Source: Candidatus Zixiibacteriota bacterium (GTDB taxonomy: Bacteria; Zixibacteria; MSB-5A5; WJJR01). From it: 64,000 nt of DNA. A model generated the notes under the pieces. It did not search any database. It was given only the letters and a program-made list of their open reading frames with translations, and was not told the origin of the DNA. The stretch lies in assembly GCA_040752595.1 (NCBI GenBank), contig JBFMGX010000004.1, forward strand, positions 155,440 through 219,439, in the 5' to 3' direction. This document shows, one piece after another, positions 39,601 through 47,295 of the stretch (position 1 is its first letter; every line of letters begins with the position of its first letter). Position numbers and translations under genes: made by a program.

Positions 39601-40009
39601 CTTCAACCTTCCCGTTCCTGCGACCGAGGCTGCTCGTGCCATCTGGCCGATGGCGGGGCGTGATCCCCGACACACTGCCACGGTACCGACTGATGAACTG
39701 GAACCGCTGGTCACGCCGACTCAGTTCTTCGTCAGCGAACGTGCCTATGTCTATCCCAATCCGGCCAGCGACCGCGCGATTGTACGCTATTGGCTCGGCG
39801 ATGATGCCACAGTCAGCATCCGCATCTATGACTTGGCCGGCAATCTCATCACCGAGGCAGATGGTCCCGGCGTCGGCGGTGTCTACAACGAGTGGACTTG
39901 GTCTTGCGCCCAGGCGGCATCGGGAGTTTACTTCGCGCGGCTGGAAGTGACCCGGCGCGCGGGCGGACAGACGGAGACGGCATTCTGCAAATTGGCGGTG
40001 GTGCAATGA
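36671..40009 (+). CDS. M6 (immune inhibitor A-like) zinc metallopeptidase with FG-GAP repeats and a C-terminal T9SS sorting domain
   Basis: ATG at 36671 with signal peptide (LLLLAVAAIWPSCPHAAA). HEFGHQLGLVDLYN zinc-binding motif, as in InhA/M6. FG-GAP-type repeats (LGDVDHDGRLDYAVVT, LADVDRDGYLDIVVAG). C-terminal CTD: YVYPNPASDRAIVRYWL...IRIYDLAGNLI...GVYFARLEV. Confidence 0.8.
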   Translation: MWQYSRNLLLLAVAAIWPSCPHAAATWNTAAHVVHLDRGALVIDTTMRAESSSRRCFCPVPSERNLLGLRRDTPVSSGRLAAGMPAQEPTVLRVVAIRVEFPLESPDDPLTTGTGRFDRRDTIAYRDSNGHSFDSAPHTKRYFEAHLRALNAYWNTVSNDHLRLEWAVFPEDSDAAYQLPNPMSHYGRTRGDDSGVVWGLQQFVIDAAEAAAADPDLHFPDYDAVIIFHAGADRQTDIADDTPHDLFSAFLRLDKPYISRPPGGMAQPILLRAGADTLSEAIIMPETMIQDGRISVLNAVLAHEFGHQLGLVDLYNTYNGATCVGNFSLMDNNAADVGIEAEVDGRARIIFGALPVLPDPWSRAYLGFVDVATVTDSSNVPVWAAEDLEVVPSNRQVWRVPISQSEYYLLENRLYDLDGDEAAGLRLDSATNVVLGPADTALIPGVPPQLTREYDFLLPGNGLLIWHVDEGVAALDYVTADDAPDNFLANTLQWDDNRRFVRVIEADGLSQLGAPGIFRYYTGSAGDYYYRPHNMELSPTTIPPAKSYTGGYTGVRISNISVPGRTMLFHVTTAGTLPGFPIYVGNQSGDVGAPIITDIKRSVAGDWRTPGDGRPEVFLGYENYILAYAWDGASLAGIQVQDSTLGFDTTATLKSLRAVAVGNPDDGGWVSAPLIYNVPDQFSTLVAVSRAGRVYAWRMQDADGDSLFDTLFVRRAVGAPSGPPIIWDRPGSTSLKDLYLPINGAFYNLFHLDDGVREINVAPGVIRSTAGTGPQNAMMVFNLDGSWFVSRFDGEQRVAMGSDSLMTPALGDVDHDGRLDYAVVTAAGRLWVLDSTLNVASDFPVEMGFTPSSAPVLADVDRDGYLDIVVAGEGMLHAYARNGTPLSNFPITIGRSNEPDSLAPAAAIIDMGNTQSLALLTGGASRAIYGWDKQGERLAQMPRPVGSALTAPVAWALNSDEATAAIFARAADGYLYAFNLPVPATEAARAIWPMAGRDPRHTATVPTDELEPLVTPTQFFVSERAYVYPNPASDRAIVRYWLGDDATVSIRIYDLAGNLITEADGPGVGGVYNEWTWSCAQAASGVYFARLEVTRRAGGQTETAFCKLAVVQ

Positions 40010-40053
40010 CCCTGTATATCCATCGGGCCACGGCCCCCCACCTTCGACCCCCT

Positions 40054-40667
40054 GTAGGGGCACGGCGTGCCGTGCCCGCTCATGGTGCGCGGTGAACACC
40101 AATCACACATTGCCTCATCGCCGCTCCGTGCGCATAGCCGGGTACGACTACACACGCGCAGGGGCGTATTTCGTCACGATTTGTACACGCGATCGCGCCT
40201 GTATCTTGGGCGATGTCGTGGATGGGACCGTGCATTTGAATCCCCTTGGGTGCGCCGCTCGTCACGAATGGATGGTGATACCGACACACCATCCGCAGGT
40301 TGTGCTGGATGTGTTCGTGGTCATGCCCAACCACGTGCACGGGATCATCATTCTCTCCCATCCGTCGGGCACGGCACGCCGTGCCCCTACAGAGGAACGA
40401 TTCGCACGTCCCGTTGCGGGCTCACTGCCGACCATCGTACGCGCCTTCAAATCGGCATCGACCCGATCGATCAACCTCCTGCGCCGCACACCCGGAGCCG
40501 CCGTCTGGCAACGCAATTACTACGAACACGTAATACGCAACGAAGACGAACTGCTCCGTGCGCGAGAATACATCGTGAACAACCCTCTGCGATGGTCCCT
40601 GGATCGCGATAACCCAGACGTCATCGCCCCACGTGCATTATCTGTAGGGCTGCGGCCTGCCGTGCCC
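40054..40667 (+). mobile_element. REP-RAYT unit: REP-associated tyrosine transposase gene bracketed by its cognate REP (family 1) copies
   Basis: REP GTAGGGGCACGGCGTGCCGTGCCC at 40054-77 (forward), 40367-90 (reverse complement, inside the ORF) and 40644-67 (forward, degenerate, overlapping the 3-prime end of the ORF). Unlinked copies at 20725 and 42000. Confidence 0.7.
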
Positions 40668-40673
40668 TCATGA
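40092..40673 (+). CDS. REP-associated tyrosine transposase (RAYT; IS200/IS605-like Y1 HUH transposase)
   Basis: YDYTRAGAYFVTICTRDR N-terminal motif; HUH motif VVMPNHVHGII; catalytic-Tyr region AVWQRNYYEHVIRNEDELLRAREYIVNNPLRW. GTG start at 40092. Confidence 0.8.
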   Translation: MNTNHTLPHRRSVRIAGYDYTRAGAYFVTICTRDRACILGDVVDGTVHLNPLGCAARHEWMVIPTHHPQVVLDVFVVMPNHVHGIIILSHPSGTARRAPTEERFARPVAGSLPTIVRAFKSASTRSINLLRRTPGAAVWQRNYYEHVIRNEDELLRAREYIVNNPLRWSLDRDNPDVIAPRALSVGLRPAVPS

Positions 40674-40683
40674 AGGAGGACGT

Positions 40684-41688
40684 GTGAAACCGGATCGACA
40701 TGCACGAATCTGGATCGTAATGACGGTCGTGGCAGCCGCCTTGACAATCACCACCAAGGCCGCCTGTGCCACCGGCTCGCTTGAGACCACGGATCTCGCG
40801 CTTGAGCGCGCGACTTGGCAACAACCGATCCTCCTCTCGATGACGGCGACATCCGAGCCTGCTGCGCCGCTGTTGGCCCAGGCCACCGGCGATGAGCCGG
40901 TCGATGTCTATGGCTTCAAGAAGAAAAGCCCGCGGCGCGCCTTCCTGCAGTCGTTCCTCATTCCCGGTTGGGGCCAGTGGTACAACGGCTCGCGCATCAA
41001 GCCGTTTCTCTTTCTCGGGCTGGAGGCGGCGGGATGGTACGGGGTGTCCCATTTCCACAGCAAGGGAGTGGACAGGGAGGACGAATACGTGGCGTACGCC
41101 GACGCGCACTGGGACAGTACGAGGTATTTTGCCGGCCTGCGCCGCGTCTTCTATCCGACCGAGCAATTTCCTCCCGACTATGACCAGCGGCTGATGGACA
41201 CCCGGATCTACACGTACATCGATGATACCGACTCGCTGCGAAGCAAGACCTTCTCCCACCACGCGTATTTTAAGGACACGCTCGGTACCGTGAAAGTCCC
41301 AAAGGGCGAGTACTACGAGAACGTCGGCAAGTACAGCCAGTTCAACTTCGGATGGGATGACTACCGATACACGGTCGACAGCGTCTCGCCCACCCCCGAC
41401 AGCCTCCCGACCGGACCCACCGACACCGCGCGCTTCAATCTCATCTCGGCCAACCGCCGCCACTATCTGAAGCTGCGTGACGACGCCAACAAGGAATACA
41501 AACGCGCCTCGACGATGCTGGTCGCCACCATCGCGAATCACCTTCTGTCGGCATTTGAAGCTGCGATTGGAGCGCGACGCTACAACCGGGCCCAGGACCG
41601 ATTCGGCACCGTGGACCACCAGATTCGTCTGGTCCGTGGCTCCGATGGCAAGCTCATGCCGCGCGTTACCGTGGCGTATCGATTCTGA
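40684..41688 (+). CDS. Secreted hypothetical protein with a LIPGWGQWYNG motif (possibly DUF5683-like); first of two tandem paralogs
   Basis: RBS gaaggagga precedes the GTG at 40684. Signal peptide MKPDRHARIWIVMTVVAAALTITTKAACA. Paralog 41824..42683 shares LIPGWGQWYNG / LILPGAGQWYAG and a downstream block. Confidence 0.55.
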   Translation: MKPDRHARIWIVMTVVAAALTITTKAACATGSLETTDLALERATWQQPILLSMTATSEPAAPLLAQATGDEPVDVYGFKKKSPRRAFLQSFLIPGWGQWYNGSRIKPFLFLGLEAAGWYGVSHFHSKGVDREDEYVAYADAHWDSTRYFAGLRRVFYPTEQFPPDYDQRLMDTRIYTYIDDTDSLRSKTFSHHAYFKDTLGTVKVPKGEYYENVGKYSQFNFGWDDYRYTVDSVSPTPDSLPTGPTDTARFNLISANRRHYLKLRDDANKEYKRASTMLVATIANHLLSAFEAAIGARRYNRAQDRFGTVDHQIRLVRGSDGKLMPRVTVAYRF

Positions 41689-41735
41689 CAGCCGTGAGAT
41701 CGAGAGCATCACACATGGTCGACGTCGGACGAGCA

Positions 41736-41816
41736 CTAACCTCTCCCTCCGGCCTGCCCCGAGCGAAGTCGAGGGGGAGAGGTCCATCCGTCCGGAGGAC
41801 GGATCGGGTGAGGGAG
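41736..41816. repeat. Family-5 composite hairpin element
   Basis: ctaaCCTCTCCCTCcggcctgccccgagcgaagtcGAGGGGGAGAGGtcc + atccgtccggaggacggatcgg + gtgagggag. Confidence 0.6.
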
Positions 41817-41823
41817 ATATTAA

Positions 41824-42683
41824 GTGTGCTTGTCCCGGTACTGGCTCTCGTAGTATGCTCCTCTGCGACATGTCGGGCCGATCAACAGCCGGCCTTGCCC
41901 GTTCCAGACACGACAGGGCTTGTAGGGTGCGTGCTCAGCACGCACCGTCAGGGGGCTGGAAACCCTCTGTCCGCAATCGATAACGATCCGCTGGCAATCG
42001 TAGGGGCACGCCCTGCCGTGCCCGTCTTCTCCCCGGTAAGCGCGCTCGCTCGACCACGCACGGAACGCGACAGTGAGTTCGGCACCGAAGACCGGGACAA
42101 GGTCAACGTGACACGCGCCGTGGCGTATTCGCTCATACTCCCCGGCGCCGGGCAGTGGTATGCCGGTGCCAAGGGCCGTGCCGGCGTCTTCCTCGTCGGC
42201 GAAGCTGCGACGTGGACTCTGTTTGGGTACTTCCGTACTGTCAGCAGCATCAAAGAAGACAGCTATCAGTCCTACGCTCGTGTTCATGCCGGAATCGACC
42301 CAGCCGGTAAGAGCGTTGATTTCTATCGCCTGATCACCTTCTATGAATCGCGGGATGAATACAATGAATACGGTCGCCTCTTGGCACCGGGGCGACCATA
42401 CTACCCGGATAGCCCGGTCTGGGACTGGCAATGGGATTCCCAGGCGGCGATGCGACGCTATCGCACCCTCCGCAATCAGAAAAGCGAGGCCGACAATCGC
42501 GCTCGCTTCACGCTCGGTGCCGCTGTCGTCGACCGACTGATCGCCGCCATCGACGCCTGGCGGACCGCCCGGTCGGCCAATCGCCGTGCGCGCATGGAGA
42601 CGTCACAGTGGAAGGTGCACCTGAAAGGCGTTCCCAGTCTGGATCACCCGGCATTCGGACTGGTTCTTTCCCGGCAATTCTGA
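41824..42683 (+). CDS. Second GWGQWY-motif paralog (secreted hypothetical)
   Basis: Start tentatively the GTG at 41824 (VLVPVLALVVCSSATC signal-like segment). The ORF-track start at 41694 runs through the repeat. Contains an in-frame REP-1 copy at 42000-42023 coding AIVGARPAVP. Confidence 0.5.
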
Positions 42684-42760
42684 CCAACACCACCGATGGG
42701 TGGATCGGTGGTCTGCCCCGACGCTCTGCACCGTGTTGGCGTCGACTTGGCACACTCTCG

Positions 42761-43720
42761 GTGATACTGCTGATGCTCGGCTGTGCCGGGTCTTCGTCGT
42801 TCGTGACACCGCAGGTGACGCCGACCTCCGAGTTGCTTGTCATTTCAATCATCGACCGCGACTACCTCGAACGTCTATCGAACCGTATACCGGGGACAGC
42901 GACACCGGTTTCCACAGAAGCGTTCGAGCCCCTGTCGATGGCATTGTCCGGCGACGATGCACTGGTAATCGCCGACCCCGCTGGTGGCCGACTCTGGTCA
43001 CTGGCCGGACCGGGCGGCGGTGACGGTCGGCTGCGACCGCTGCTGGCGGCGGGTATCACGCCGCATCCGCCTGGTTTTGTGCGCATGGACCGTCTGGGAA
43101 ATGTCTTTGTCACCGGCGTCGAGACCGGGGCGGTCACGATCTGTGATCCGCGGCTCCACCCGGTCGGCAGTATCGCGGCGCCGTACGGGGCGCTTGGCTT
43201 GGTCATCGGCCGACCGGTCGGGATCGCCTTTGGTCTCCAGGGGGAATGCTACGTTTCGGATCAGACGAATGCCTTGGTGCATCATTTCGATGCCGCCGGT
43301 GGTTTCGTGGCATCCTTCGGCGGTCCCGATGCCGGTTGGGGACGAGTGCTGCGCCCCGAGGGCCTCGACTGCTCGCCCGACGGCAACGAAATCTACGTTT
43401 GTGATCCCGGCACAAGACGCGTTCTCGTGTATGATCCCGCTGGCGTGCCGTTGCGCGAGATCGGCGGCACCGACCTGATCGAGCCGCGGAGCGTCGCTGT
43501 GGACCGCCGCGGCCAGTGTTTTGTCGCCGATCCGGGAGCGAAGGCCGTGATGGTGTTTGCCGCTAACGGTCGTTGGATCCGGACCCTGACCGGACTGCCC
43601 CCTGCCATCGAGCGTTTCAGCGCGCCGTGCGACGTCGCGGTGGTGGATTCGGTGATCTGGATTGCCGACGCCTCGGCCGGGAAGATCGTCGCGGTCACTC
43701 TCCGGCCTCCGCATCCGTGA
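42761..43720 (+). CDS. NHL-repeat beta-propeller lipoprotein
   Basis: Lipobox VILLMLGCAGS. NHL-type repeats: GNVFVTGVETGAVTICDP, GECYVSDQTNALVHHFDAAG, NEIYVCDPGTRRVLVYDPAG, GQCFVADPGAKAVMVFAANG, DSVIWIADASAGKIVAV. Start uncertain (GTG 42761 or ATG 42773). Confidence 0.6.
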   Translation: MILLMLGCAGSSSFVTPQVTPTSELLVISIIDRDYLERLSNRIPGTATPVSTEAFEPLSMALSGDDALVIADPAGGRLWSLAGPGGGDGRLRPLLAAGITPHPPGFVRMDRLGNVFVTGVETGAVTICDPRLHPVGSIAAPYGALGLVIGRPVGIAFGLQGECYVSDQTNALVHHFDAAGGFVASFGGPDAGWGRVLRPEGLDCSPDGNEIYVCDPGTRRVLVYDPAGVPLREIGGTDLIEPRSVAVDRRGQCFVADPGAKAVMVFAANGRWIRTLTGLPPAIERFSAPCDVAVVDSVIWIADASAGKIVAVTLRPPHP

Positions 43721-43820
43721 GATTCGGATGAAGCGGCAAGATCGATAACCCTCCCACGGCATGGACGCACAGGTTCACAGCCTCACAACGACACTTTCCC
43801 TTCAACGGAGAGTGGGACCG

Positions 43821-43890
43821 ATAACCTCTCCCTCCGGCACTGTCCCGAACAGCGTGAGGGAGAGAGGTCGCTTGGACCGGAGGTCCAGGC
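43821..43890. repeat. Family-5 composite hairpin element
   Basis: ataaCCTCTCCCTCcggcactgtcccgaacagcgtGAGGGAGAGAGGtcg + cttggaccggaggtccaggc + gggtgaggga. Confidence 0.6.
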
Positions 43891-43925
43891 GGGTGAGGGA
43901 TCTCCCTCGTCGCCTCATTCCGCTG

Positions 43926-46900
43926 GTGGCTTCCATGGTGTTGGTTACTACCGCACCGGTCCGGGCCTCGGACTCACCGATCGTCCGCGACAGCGTCAGC
44001 ATTCCGGGCCGGGACGCCACCGGACCGTACTGGTTCTCCGGCTTTTTCGTCATGGCGGCCTCGGAGAGCGTCGCCGTCGGCGCGCATCGACTGCGCCGTG
44101 AAGACGACTACGAGATCGACTATAATCACGGCACGATTGCGTTCACGCGCCCGCTGACGCGGAGCGACACGGCCCTTGTTCGTTTCCGGCGGCTCGGTTT
44201 TGCCTTGTCCTCCCGATGGCGGACGGCAGCGATCATTCGACCGTCATCCAGCCCATCGGCACCGGGTTCAGGGTCGGATGGGCTCATTCCCGTCGCCGCA
44301 CATGTCGCTGGGGCGCCGACTCTGCCGATCTTCCCGTCGACAGCAACAGCGAGCGCCGATCCTTCCCCCGGGAATGCCCGCTGGCAGGGGTTTAAGTCGC
44401 TGTCGTTCTCGGCGGCCGATCACGGCGGGCGCGACTGGTCGCAGGGCTTGGAGCTGTCGGTCGATGGTGAGCTGACCCCTGGACTGCAGCTTGCGGCGGC
44501 AATCAGCGATCGTGCCGTCGCGGGTGCGGACACCAGGGGTGGAAGCTCGGACGGCGTTCGGATCGGAACGTTGGACAGACTGTTCATCGAGGCGCGCTCC
44601 GCCCGGTTTCGCGGGCGATGGGGTGAGTTGTCACTGTCCGATCGTGCCTTCGGGGAAGCGCCGCGTCGTGCCACCGGCATGCAGTTGACTTGGGCCAATG
44701 CCGGCCACGCTGTGGGCGGTACCATCGCTCGTCCACACGGCGAGTGGCGACAGCGGCGAATCACTCTGCGCGCGGAAGAATCCGGCCCCTACCGTTTGTT
44801 GGAAACGCCGGTCTGGAAGGGGATCGTCCCCGGGTCGATCACGCTGTGGCTCGATGGCCAGCGGCTCGAAGAGGGTGACAACCGTGACTACTCCGTGGAT
44901 TGGGGACGCGGAACGATCACGATCAATCCCCGCCGGTCGTTCGGAGCCCACTCGATTCTGATCGCCGAGTACGAGGAGGCGCTGGACACCTATGAGCGTA
45001 CACTGGTGGAGTCGCATTGGTCGTGGGCCGATTCCCAGGGGCGGCCCCGGCACTCGTTGGCGCTCGATTGGGAGGGTGATGATCCTTCGTCGCCTCTGTC
45101 CGGGACGCTGACGGAATCGCAGCGGACTCATTTGGCCAACGACCCGTCCGGGAGCGTGCGTCTGCCGACCGCCGAGCATGTGACCGACGGCCAGGGGGAT
45201 TATCGGCGCGACGTTCTGACCGATGGCGATACCGCGTACGTCTACGTCGGTCCCGGACAGGGTGCGTGGCGCGTGCGTTTCCAGTGGGTCGGCGCGCGGA
45301 ATGGGCGCTACCGGCACATCGCCGATGAGGCCTATGAATACGTCGGCAGGGGAGGAGGCGACTTCGAACCCACGGTCGCCGTCGACGCGCCGAAATCCCG
45401 ATGGGACGTTTCCGAGTCGCTCCATCTCCCGGTCGGGGCGACCGGTCGGTTCTCGGCCGATTGGCGCGGCGCCGCTATCGATCACAACCGGCTCGCATCG
45501 GGCACCGCCGACTTGTCCTCCAGCCATGCGCTGGGTCTCCATCTGGGTGCAGCCGATGCCGATCGACTCGGTGCCCTCGACGCGCAATGGTTGCACAATG
45601 ACGGTCTGAACACCCTATCGCGTCCCGGCCTCGCCGGGGGGCTCGATCGCTTGGCCGCTGTGTGGGGATTGCGTTCATCCCTTCTCGATTCCTCGTCCGA
45701 TGATCTCGACTTGACGACATCCATCCCCTTGGGCGGTGCCAATGGCCTGCGCCTGGCGGGCGGGCTATGGCACGACCGGCAGATTGCCGCCTGGCGCGGC
45801 TTGCTCGGGACCCGGATTGTGCCCATCCACTCCCTTCAACTGGACGCCGAATGGAACCATCGCGTCGCGCGACGCGACGACCGCTCTGCCGGTCGCAACG
45901 ACTCCTACGCGTCGGCACTGCGTCTGTCGCCGCGCTGGGGGACATTCGGCGTTGGCTGGCGGCAGCAGGACTGCGACAATGCCAACGACGCCTTCGAGAC
46001 GGCGACGCCGTATGCGGCGTCCCGCTGGGCGACGGCGTCGGTCGCGGGAGTCACGCTGCGGCAGTCCTGGGATAGAACCCAGGACACGGTCGGTCTGATC
46101 CGTCGGTCCCGGGAACTGGCGGGATTCTGCCCGGTCGCGCTGCTCGGTGGTCGCCAGGGTGGCGGGCTCACGGTCGCGCGGGGTGAGCGGGCATGGAGTG
46201 GGGGTGCATATACCCCATATTATCGCGGACAACTGGATGGGCGCTGGACGCCGTCGCCGTCGGCCGCTGTTCAGTTGGGGATGACGCTGTCGCACCAGAG
46301 CGTCGGTTTACAGCGCGAACGATTTCTGCCGACCCGTCCCGGTTACGGGCAGTATCGCTATGAACGCGGCGAGTACATCCCCGATCCGCACGGCGACTTC
46401 CGACGTGTTCTCGTGGAAGATCCCGATGCCGGTGCGACCGCCTACCAGGGCGACAAGCATCTTGTGCTTTCGTGGTGGCCCGAGTGGCAAGGATGGCGCT
46501 GGTCCGTTGACTTGCAGCGCGACGTCCAGGGCCGCTATGCGACCGCCACATTCCAGCCGGGCGCGTGGGCTGTCCCTTGGACCACGCGTGAATCCTCTCT
46601 CGCGCCCGGAGCCCAATTGTCGGTTCGCGACGCGCACAGAGTGAGCGCGCGGCCCGACGAACGCACGGAGATCAGCGCCACCTTCGGTCGCGAGCGCACG
46701 GTCTTTGCACCCGTAACCCAGGCAGAAAACGCCGCCGCCAACATCAATCAGTCGCGTCGCGCCGAGTTCCGCATCCGACGCGCGATCGGCGGTGGGTTCT
46801 CATTGGAATCCACGGCGCGATATGAACGCCGGGAACGGGGAGGAGGGACCTCCGGTGCCTGGGATGCGGACGCGCGCACGCTTCTGGCCGCGGTCAGAAG

Positions 46901-47258
46901 CCAGGCGCAGCGGGCCATCAGCGGCTCGCTTGAATCTCGGTATCGCCACGATCGCGAGTTCCGCCTCGGCGGTGGCGCGTTCCTCTGGGGAGTCAATCCA
47001 GGTACGCAGTTGCGGCTTGAGCACTGGACGGTTTCCGCGCAGACCGACCTCACATGGGTCGCGGCGACGAATGCGTCACGACTGCTGTCGGCCTTAATGG
47101 CCGAGGGACGACCGCTCGGTTTCTCTGTGACCGAATCGGCGGAGCTGCGCTGGCAGTTGCCGGGACGTGTCACGCTGAATGCGCGTCTGTCGGGCGACCA
47201 CCGCCCGGACGAACCCGATCGCTGGCGCATCGATGTGGAATCGGTGGCACGCTGGTAG
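43926..47258 (+). CDS. Very large (about 1100 aa) predicted outer-membrane beta-barrel-like protein, function unknown
   Basis: Long ORF with protein-like composition. Alternating hydrophobic/polar pattern rich in W/Y/R and a C-terminal ...RIDVESVARW (aromatic terminus), suggestive of an OM beta-barrel. Start uncertain (GTG 43926 or ATG 43935). No family recognised from sequence alone. Confidence 0.5.
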   Translation: MASMVLVTTAPVRASDSPIVRDSVSIPGRDATGPYWFSGFFVMAASESVAVGAHRLRREDDYEIDYNHGTIAFTRPLTRSDTALVRFRRLGFALSSRWRTAAIIRPSSSPSAPGSGSDGLIPVAAHVAGAPTLPIFPSTATASADPSPGNARWQGFKSLSFSAADHGGRDWSQGLELSVDGELTPGLQLAAAISDRAVAGADTRGGSSDGVRIGTLDRLFIEARSARFRGRWGELSLSDRAFGEAPRRATGMQLTWANAGHAVGGTIARPHGEWRQRRITLRAEESGPYRLLETPVWKGIVPGSITLWLDGQRLEEGDNRDYSVDWGRGTITINPRRSFGAHSILIAEYEEALDTYERTLVESHWSWADSQGRPRHSLALDWEGDDPSSPLSGTLTESQRTHLANDPSGSVRLPTAEHVTDGQGDYRRDVLTDGDTAYVYVGPGQGAWRVRFQWVGARNGRYRHIADEAYEYVGRGGGDFEPTVAVDAPKSRWDVSESLHLPVGATGRFSADWRGAAIDHNRLASGTADLSSSHALGLHLGAADADRLGALDAQWLHNDGLNTLSRPGLAGGLDRLAAVWGLRSSLLDSSSDDLDLTTSIPLGGANGLRLAGGLWHDRQIAAWRGLLGTRIVPIHSLQLDAEWNHRVARRDDRSAGRNDSYASALRLSPRWGTFGVGWRQQDCDNANDAFETATPYAASRWATASVAGVTLRQSWDRTQDTVGLIRRSRELAGFCPVALLGGRQGGGLTVARGERAWSGGAYTPYYRGQLDGRWTPSPSAAVQLGMTLSHQSVGLQRERFLPTRPGYGQYRYERGEYIPDPHGDFRRVLVEDPDAGATAYQGDKHLVLSWWPEWQGWRWSVDLQRDVQGRYATATFQPGAWAVPWTTRESSLAPGAQLSVRDAHRVSARPDERTEISATFGRERTVFAPVTQAENAAANINQSRRAEFRIRRAIGGGFSLESTARYERRERGGGTSGAWDADARTLLAAVRSQAQRAISGSLESRYRHDREFRLGGGAFLWGVNPGTQLRLEHWTVSAQTDLTWVAATNASRLLSALMAEGRPLGFSVTESAELRWQLPGRVTLNARLSGDHRPDEPDRWRIDVESVARW

Positions 47259-47295
47259 ATTCACGACGATGCGCGGCCGTCACCATGGCACGATC

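Noticed and set aside
36824-40102. Long minus-strand ORFs (36824..38071, 39080..40102) inside the M6 peptidase gene
   Set aside because: Antisense to a gene with HEFGH zinc motif, FG-GAP repeats and CTD. No independent support.
40621-41871. 416-aa minus-strand ORF spanning both GWGQWY paralogs
   Set aside because: Antisense. It also reads straight through a repeat element at 41736-41816.
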